Source of the DNA: Candidatus Latescibacterota bacterium
Lineage (GTDB): Bacteria; Latescibacterota; UBA2968; GCA-2709665
Reading direction: 5' to 3'
DNA: 64,000 nucleotides
NCBI GenBank assembly: GCA_965219995.1
Contig: CBDCOX010000002.1
Span: forward strand, 1,504,001-1,568,000
The notes under the pieces were generated by a model. It made no database searches and was not told the origin of the DNA. It worked only from the letters and a program-made list of their open reading frames with translations. How positions within the stretch are numbered: position 1 is the first letter of the stretch; each line of letters starts with the position of its first letter. This document shows, piece after piece, positions 57,719 to 64,000 of the stretch. A program made the position numbers and the translations under genes.

Positions 57719-60088
57719 TTACTCGTCGCGAAGGGCGTCTACGGGATTCAGCCTTGCCGCCCGAAGGGTTTGTCCGGCGACAATGAAGACAACGATCGAT
57801 AACGCGAGCAACGTCGAATAGACAAACACATCGACAGTCATCTGAATCCTGTAGGAGAAATCCTGCAGCCATCGGGACATCACATAGTATGCGACAGGCC
57901 ACGCCAGGACGCTGGCCAGGAGTCCTGCAAATATAAACTTCCCTGAGTACATCGCCACAACACGCCATTTCGATGCGCCCAGAACGCGACGAACGCCAAT
58001 TTGCTTCGTATCCCGTTCAAGGGTCGATCTGACGAGTCCCGCCAGACCCATTCCGGACAACAACAGCGTGATGCATACGCAGATGCCAACTATCCTGTTT
58101 AAGCCACGTTCTCTTGCGTACCATCGCTCAAACCTCTCGGTCAAGAACCCGCTATTTGACGAGAATGCCGTCTGTGGTGCAACTTTGGACCATGTCAGAC
58201 GAATCCAATCCACGGCATCTTCCACACGTTCCGGATGAATTCTTGCCAGAATGACTGGACCGCTTTTGACGAGGAAAATGCCCAGTGGTTCGACCGGATT
58301 TTGCGGTGACATAAAATGGAAATCCTTGACAACACCCACGACCGTTCGGCGTCTGCGCCACCAGGTGATTTCCTCCCCGATCGGCGAGTCCAGTCCCAGC
58401 AGTCTTACGGCTGTTTCATTGAGCAGACAGGCGTGCAGGGTTTCATCCTGGGCGGAAAAACCTCGTCCCTCATTGATTTCAATGCCCAGGGTCTCCAGGT
58501 AGCGACGACTCGCCGCGAGACTTCGGATGGATACATTGCCGGAAACGGAACGACCCCGCGCCGTATAGCTTTGCAGATTACCTCCCGGGATGCCGCCGGA
58601 TGCAACATACAGAATGGATGGCGATCGATTCAATTCCCGCTCTATCGTCAGGCGTTGATGCGTCGAAAAGCCCGGCGTGGAAAAATAGAAGACCTGTTCG
58701 GGCGACAGACCCAGGTTCCCTTTGTCGATATGGTCCAACTGCAAGTATACGATTGAAGCAACAATCAGCAGAAGTGTGGAAATCCCTACCTGAAACAGGA
58801 ACGGCACATTCCGCAACCACGCTGCCGTTCTGAATGCCAATCTGCCTTCCACGATATTTGCGGGCTTTCCCCTGACCAGCCAGAGGACGGGCAAACTCCC
58901 GGCGCCGATACAAACCAGGAAGACTGGCACGCAAAGTGTGGTTAATACTCCGGTAACATGTTCGAACCCGTAAGATCGGACCGTAAGTGTGATACGATTC
59001 AACCAGGGCAGACACAAGTAGGCGAGTGCGATAGCAAACAATAACGCAATTGCGACAATCAAGAGTGAGTCGGCCACGAAATGCAATGCCAGTTCGGTTC
59101 GATCTCCTCCGAAGACCCTCCTGGCTCCAATTTCCCTCGAGCGGTCCAGAAATCGGGCCGTGTTGAAATTCACAACATTCGTACAGACACCGACCAAAAT
59201 GAAAAACGCCAGGACTGCAGGGACGTAGATATAGACGGATCGGCTGAGACTCACGTTTGCCGAGAACTGTTGATTCTGCGATGGGTCAAGATGGATATCC
59301 GTCAATGGCTGGAGAGAGAGCTGAAAGCGCCTGGCGTCTCGATTTCCATAGAATTCCCGGATGAATTCGCGCTCCTGAAGATCGAAATCGTCGGATGTAT
59401 AGCCTTCATCAAGCAGCACGTACGTGTAGACGGACATCCAGCGTTTGGAATTAAAATAGGTCGGGAGATGGCTGGTAACGCTGTTTATCGAGAAAAGATA
59501 GTCAAAGGAAATGTGCGAATTCCGGGGAATGTCCTTCAGGACACCGGTTACCGTCAGGAAATACGCTTTGCCCTTGAATTCTCCCGCTTTGATTACGCTT
59601 CCCATGGGATCCGAATCCCCAAACAGCCTTCTTGCCAGGGATTCTGTAATCACAATCGAAAAGGGTTTTGCGAGCGCAGTCCGGGCGTCTCCCCTGACCA
59701 GCGGGAAGGTGAATATATCGAATACGTTGGCGTCGACGCTGTAACCTGACGCACGAAATTTACGATCATCGTGCTCAACCACCCGGTTAAAACGGAAAAA
59801 ACGGACGTAATCAAGAATATAGGGATATTCTTCAGACAGACGCGTGCCCATAAACCACGCGGATTGATGCCAGATGCGCTCCCCGTTTTCGAATTGTCGT
59901 CGTACGGTAAGGCGATATATCCGGTCGGCATTCTCATGAAAACGATTATAGCCGAATTCATCCAGCACGTTGACGCCGTTCAGCAATACAGCAGCAATAC
60001 CGACGGCCATCCCTGAGATATTTATGGTTGATGCGACTTTGTGCCTTTTCAGGTTTCGCCAGGAAACGATGAGGTGCGATTTCAACAT
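57719..60088 (-). CDS. MacB/FtsX-family ABC transporter permease (no ATPase gene adjacent)
   Basis: WRNLKRHK..INISG, REIGARRVFG, GVVKDFH and NPVDALRDE. Confidence 0.92.
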   Translation of the reverse strand: MLKSHLIVSWRNLKRHKVASTINISGMAVGIAAVLLNGVNVLDEFGYNRFHENADRIYRLTVRRQFENGERIWHQSAWFMGTRLSEEYPYILDYVRFFRFNRVVEHDDRKFRASGYSVDANVFDIFTFPLVRGDARTALAKPFSIVITESLARRLFGDSDPMGSVIKAGEFKGKAYFLTVTGVLKDIPRNSHISFDYLFSINSVTSHLPTYFNSKRWMSVYTYVLLDEGYTSDDFDLQEREFIREFYGNRDARRFQLSLQPLTDIHLDPSQNQQFSANVSLSRSVYIYVPAVLAFFILVGVCTNVVNFNTARFLDRSREIGARRVFGGDRTELALHFVADSLLIVAIALLFAIALAYLCLPWLNRITLTVRSYGFEHVTGVLTTLCVPVFLVCIGAGSLPVLWLVRGKPANIVEGRLAFRTAAWLRNVPFLFQVGISTLLLIVASIVYLQLDHIDKGNLGLSPEQVFYFSTPGFSTHQRLTIERELNRSPSILYVASGGIPGGNLQSYTARGRSVSGNVSIRSLAASRRYLETLGIEINEGRGFSAQDETLHACLLNETAVRLLGLDSPIGEEITWWRRRRTVVGVVKDFHFMSPQNPVEPLGIFLVKSGPVILARIHPERVEDAVDWIRLTWSKVAPQTAFSSNSGFLTERFERWYARERGLNRIVGICVCITLLLSGMGLAGLVRSTLERDTKQIGVRRVLGASKWRVVAMYSGKFIFAGLLASVLAWPVAYYVMSRWLQDFSYRIQMTVDVFVYSTLLALSIVVFIVAGQTLRAARLNPVDALRDE

Positions 60089-60191
60089 TCAGCTGCTCAT
60101 CCTGAAAGACAACTCCAGCGTATCGTACTCGCCGGATATCTTAGTCATATAACGAGTCGGAATTTCGGCGCTGTGTTCCACGGACCGAGTT

Positions 60192-60560
60192 CTACGCGTT
60201 CTTGTCCTGTGCAATACACAGACTGTTACCGTCGGGATCCTCGAAGCTGAACTCGATATTTCCCCAGCTCTGGTCCCAGAGCTTTCCAACAGGAATACCC
60301 GCCTGCCTATACTCCTCGTAGACGGCCGCCGCGTCCTCGACGTAGATCTGTACCGTCCGCGTCCCCGGCGGACCGTCGCCGGGAAACGAGGAGACGACAA
60401 TGTGGGCCGAATCCCGGACAACACCCATGTAGCACGGGTCCCGCTTTGTCGAGTGTGGCCGCCAGGCGTACACGCGGCGAAACCCGAGTTTTCCGCAGTA
60501 GAACTCCTCCGCAGCCACTGAACTCGATACACCCAGAATTGGTACCGCCTCTTTGAACAC
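60192..60560 (-). CDS. VOC/bleomycin-resistance-like protein
   Basis: AVPIL..EFYCGKLGF and WGNIEFSFEDPDGN; GTG start after GGAGG. Confidence 0.9.
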   Translation of the reverse strand: MFKEAVPILGVSSSVAAEEFYCGKLGFRRVYAWRPHSTKRDPCYMGVVRDSAHIVVSSFPGDGPPGTRTVQIYVEDAAAVYEEYRQAGIPVGKLWDQSWGNIEFSFEDPDGNSLCIAQDKNA

Positions 60561-60704
60561 GCTATAACCTCCAATTTTGCTTTGCAATCGGAAGGACCGG
60601 CACTGAAGAACGGGGCTGCGCAACGGCCGACTCCAGTCTGCCTGTTTCACGCAACCCCAATGCTCCGCCAGTTTGAATGACAACACACCGAGCGCTGGGG
60701 ATGA

Positions 60705-61502
60705 TCACGTCTTCCGGAGTATCACGTAGACGTTTCCATGTTCACCGGACACATGCTCCCTATCCCCGAGTGCTACGAAATCCTCTCCGTAAATCGCGGC
60801 GACTTCGAATTCTTCAGATTTGTGTGCCAGTTTCTCCAGATCAGAAAATAGCCAGAGCCTCAACGTATGGCTCTCCTTGTATCGATCCGTTTTCCCGTTT
60901 TGCTCGACCGCAATCGTGCATTCCTGGTGACATAATCTCGATTCTCGGTCTTCGTCGAGAATTCTCCACCAAGTACTCACTCGGACGCCCTCCCGTTCAC
61001 TTGTCCAATGATCGCCATCCGGAAGTACGGCTTCGTGGGCGAAGTTGAGGTGGACAATGTAGATTCCGTTCTGACGAAGTGACGAACCTGTAGCTCGCAG
61101 ATGGGAGACGATTTCGTCATCCGAATGGAGATATCCGATGCTGTTGATCGAATTCAGCGCGGCATCGAATACGCCGGGGACCTCAGCGGATACCATTTCC
61201 CCGGGCACGACGCGGACAATCAGGGCGTATCCTGCCGCTGCAACCGAGTCGATTGCATATTGAACCATATAGCGGTTGGCGTCATACCCTGCAACGTCGA
61301 ATCCACCCGCAGCCAGGGCCCTTAGCATGCGCCCCGTTCCACAGGCGGGTTCCAGAATGTGCCTAACTGGGAAGGGAACGTGCGATTCAAAGACGCGTTT
61401 GAAGAAGCGTATCTCCTCGGACAGATCCCATGAGAACGCGATGTCATAGATCCGAGGATGGTTGTAGAGCTCGAACCTGTCAGTCCGTTCGTGCGTAGTC
61501 AC
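60705..61502 (-). CDS. Class I SAM-dependent methyltransferase
   Basis: YDIAF and ILEPACGTGR. Confidence 0.92.
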   Translation of the reverse strand: MTTHERTDRFELYNHPRIYDIAFSWDLSEEIRFFKRVFESHVPFPVRHILEPACGTGRMLRALAAGGFDVAGYDANRYMVQYAIDSVAAAGYALIVRVVPGEMVSAEVPGVFDAALNSINSIGYLHSDDEIVSHLRATGSSLRQNGIYIVHLNFAHEAVLPDGDHWTSEREGVRVSTWWRILDEDRESRLCHQECTIAVEQNGKTDRYKESHTLRLWLFSDLEKLAHKSEEFEVAAIYGEDFVALGDREHVSGEHGNVYVILRKT

Positions 61503-61560
61503 ATGATTCTCCCTGTCGTTCAAGGTTCCCGGCGCCCCCGACCTCGCGATTGTCAGGCAC

Positions 61561-61587
61561 AGGGCGCCCACATGGGACGCCCCTACA
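61561..61587 (-). repeat. GTAG-type REP
   Basis: Reverse strand GTAGGGGCGTCCCATGTGGGGCGCCCT. Confidence 0.8.
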
Positions 61588-61743
61588 AGACGAGGGGGTT
61601 GTTTCAGACCCGAAGACGCTTGATCACGTAACGCAAACTGTCAGTTTGCGCTGCTGTCGCAGAGCCGTTGTCCTGAGTTTACGGTTCCTGAGTGTCGTAC
61701 CGGGGACGGATGTCGCGTGGTTGGCCGACCGGCGTGGTTCAGG

Positions 61744-61857
61744 CTAGCCGTACTGTTCCTCCAGCCACGCGACCACGAAGTCCGCCAGGTCCCTGGCGTC
61801 GATCAAGCAGGAGTCTGCGGCGCCAACCGGACCCTCTGCGCAGCGTCCCAGGGCCAT
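61744..61857 (-). pseudogene. Probable 3' gene remnant
   Basis: ..LIDARDLADFVVAWLEEQYG* reads like a hydrolase C-terminal helix. Confidence 0.4.
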
Positions 61858-61900
61858 ATACGCAGACGTTTTGTTGGATACAGACCTGCGCGAGTAATTA

Positions 61901-62581
61901 CTACGAATCCCACCCCCAACTTTTGACCAGACCCCGGTCCGCGCCCCCCTGAACCAGCAATGGTATCAGCTCCGGATGCTTCTGGCGCACGGCCGTATTG
62001 CACAAGAGCCGGGTATAGGGCTTCACGAGTGCGCCTTCTCCGATCAGCCACCGGGCGAGTTGCTCGTGGCCTCCCGCCACGGCAAAGTGCAGGGGGGTCA
62101 CGCGCCAGACGGTGTCGTCCTCCTGTTCCCCGGTCAACAGGTCCGGCTCGGCATTCAGATGGTGTCGTACCCGTTCAGTGTCACCCAAGTAGCACGCCGA
62201 GTAGATATCCAGTACGGTCCCTGCTTTTTCCAACATCCGGGCGAGTTCCAACCGACGATAACGTCGCGCAATACAGTAGGGCTTCAGGAGAACCGTGATC
62301 TCTGCCCGGATCCGCCCCGGGATATTGGGATCGGCTCCCTCGCGCAGCAGGAACCGCACGACGTTGATCCGATTGCCGCGCGTTGCCTCCCAAAGAAACG
62401 TCCTGTTGTGCCCGCCGCTCTTGGCATGCAGGAGCGTCGGATCCTGTCTCAGATACCGCTTCAAGGCCCTCAAATCGCCGCGCCGTACCTCCTTTAATAT
62501 CTTGTCGATACCGAAACGACCGCTGTGGCCCGCGCGCGGCTTCGTCTCATTTCCCCATCCGTTGTCGTCCGAAGACATCAC
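61901..62581 (-). CDS. Ankyrin-repeat protein
   Basis: FLLREGADPN and TPLHFAVAGGH. Confidence 0.88.
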   Translation of the reverse strand: MMSSDDNGWGNETKPRAGHSGRFGIDKILKEVRRGDLRALKRYLRQDPTLLHAKSGGHNRTFLWEATRGNRINVVRFLLREGADPNIPGRIRAEITVLLKPYCIARRYRRLELARMLEKAGTVLDIYSACYLGDTERVRHHLNAEPDLLTGEQEDDTVWRVTPLHFAVAGGHEQLARWLIGEGALVKPYTRLLCNTAVRQKHPELIPLLVQGGADRGLVKSWGWDS

Positions 62582-62809
62582 TCATCTTCCTTTGACAGTT
62601 TAGGGCGGAGATTGACCTTGATTCGTCATTCTTCCGGGACGTTAATTCGAATATATGCAAGCGAATAAAGACGATTTGACGTCGGATTTCCACGAACCTT
62701 CAGGTCACTGGACGTGAACAAAAAAAAATGTGCTTCCGGACGACCTTTACGCCCCGTTTCGAAAGTATTCTCCACAGTGTCGGCTTGCTGGATTTTTCGA
62801 TGCAAGGCA

Positions 62810-62955
62810 AATTGCCACAAGAGGCACAAAAACAGCTATTCTGTTACAGAGCGTATCGCCGAAAGACAAGGAAATACGTTCAGGGTCACGGCGTTACGAC
62901 ACACGCCGTTTCGCACCGATACCCTTTGTGTCTTTTGTGCTTTTTGTGGCCAATT
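62810..62955 (-). repeat. Family C element copy 2, complete with terminal inverted repeats
   Basis: AATTGCCACAAGAGGCACAAA ... TTTGTGTCTTTTGTGCTTTTTGTGGCCAATT. Confidence 0.88.
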
Positions 62956-63100
62956 TTTCGATTTTCTTTTTTTTAAATTGAGATTGATAGCTGTGGAGAT
63001 TTCCCGGTGCGCGAAATTCCGGTGGCTGCTGTTTGAAGGCCTGAATGCGCCGCGCCCGTCGCCTTCGAATTGGCGACCTGCACGGAAGTCGTGCGAATGT

Positions 63101-63556
63101 TCAGCCGGTCTTTCGCAGTTCAGCGTTCAGCCTGTCCAGGCTGTCTTTAGGCCATGTCTCAATCCTGTCATACCCCTTATCAAACTGAGGAACGTGGGCC
63201 GGCAGTCCGAGCCAGGCGTGCTTTTCCCTGGTCCAGATGTGTGCGTTAATTTCCAGAACCCTCAAATCGTCCAGCGTCTGCGACCGCAATAACGCCGTGC
63301 ATGGGTGATGAGTCGCAGTACTGTAGATCACATCCTCGCACGACTGGCAGATGAACGTCGTTCGATTCGCCGCGACAGACTTCGAGACGAACTCTCCCTT
63401 GTCGCACGTTACATCGGTTTCCAACACAATGATGGTAATTCCAAATGCCGAGCCGGAAGCCTTTTGACAGTCCACGCAATGACACGCATGCACAAAGAGA
63501 GGCGCATTCAGAAGTCTGTAACGCACCTCTCCGCACCGGCAGCCACCGGAATACAT
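63101..63556 (-). CDS. GFA (glutathione-dependent formaldehyde-activating) family protein
   Basis: GGCRCGEVRY, CHCVDCQKASG, FICQSC and HIW. Confidence 0.92.
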   Translation of the reverse strand: MYSGGCRCGEVRYRLLNAPLFVHACHCVDCQKASGSAFGITIIVLETDVTCDKGEFVSKSVAANRTTFICQSCEDVIYSTATHHPCTALLRSQTLDDLRVLEINAHIWTREKHAWLGLPAHVPQFDKGYDRIETWPKDSLDRLNAELRKTG

Positions 63557-63727
63557 ACGGTTCCCGTTCACCGAATCAACCGAAGGATTATGGTGAGTTA
63601 ACTGAGAAAATCGATCGTTTATCCGTATAGCAAGTTGCACTTAGACGGGTTTGAGTCTTGCAGTAATGCTTCTCTGAAAAATGCGTTCATGTTTCTTCAT
63701 GCTGTGTACAACAATCGATGTGCTGCG

Positions 63728-63920
63728 ATCCCCCCACCGCATCAGCCGTCGCCGGTCCTTCGACAATCCTTCGACATTTCGACAAGCTCAATGCAGGCAT
63801 GCTCAGGACAGTGGCTCAGGGGACGGCTCGGCTTCTGCGACTCCCCCTCAAGGGGGGAGTGATTCGACCCTAAGACGGGCTCGCGCTTTTGCAACGATCT
63901 ATTTGGTTGCGGCTGAACAC
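63728..63920 (+). repeat. Family E element copy 2, with triply nested micro-element
   Basis: Homologous to 7570-7737; three TTCGACA halves followed by three GCTCA halves. Confidence 0.88.
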
Positions 63921-63958
63921 CTCGAAACCGGGCTGGGTAACTTATCGCGGAAACCAAT

Positions 63959-64000
63959 GGTTTTGTTATATAACCAGTTGTATTTCAAGAAATTATGGGA
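63959..64000 (-). repeat. Family B element copy 6 (IHF-like end; truncated by window edge)
   Basis: GGTTTTGTTATATAACCAGTTGTATTTCAA resembles GGTTTTGATGTATAACGGGTTGTTTTTCAA. Confidence 0.6.

Overview
GC-rich bacterial accessory region with no core housekeeping operon. The MacB-type permease, PQQ and TolB propellers, ankyrins and Ig-fused lipoprotein resemble Latescibacterota/Gemmatimonadota-type, possibly host-associated genomes (inference only). About 64 of about 68 supportable genes lie on the minus strand in one tightly packed array of unrelated, integron-cassette-like genes: 6 GNAT, 5 VOC, 5 SAM methyltransferases, 4 APH-like, 3 NUDIX, an AadE/AadK-like enzyme, HADs, EamA transporters and 4 toxin-antitoxin loci. 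I found no integrase, attC site, transposase, tRNA, rRNA or CRISPR. The spacers instead hold at least seven families of short non-coding repeats. The most striking features are: (1) a ~21-24 bp micro-element with core TTCGACARGCTCA that inserts into other repeats and into itself up to three levels deep; (2) a ~162 bp TIR MITE, apparently targeting CTAG, that frameshifts one gene and adds 55 aa in frame to a PIN toxin; (3) a ~200 bp element in six copies with ACAGGAT repeats at one end and an IHF-like box at the other. All product calls come from motif recognition by eye, not database searches.
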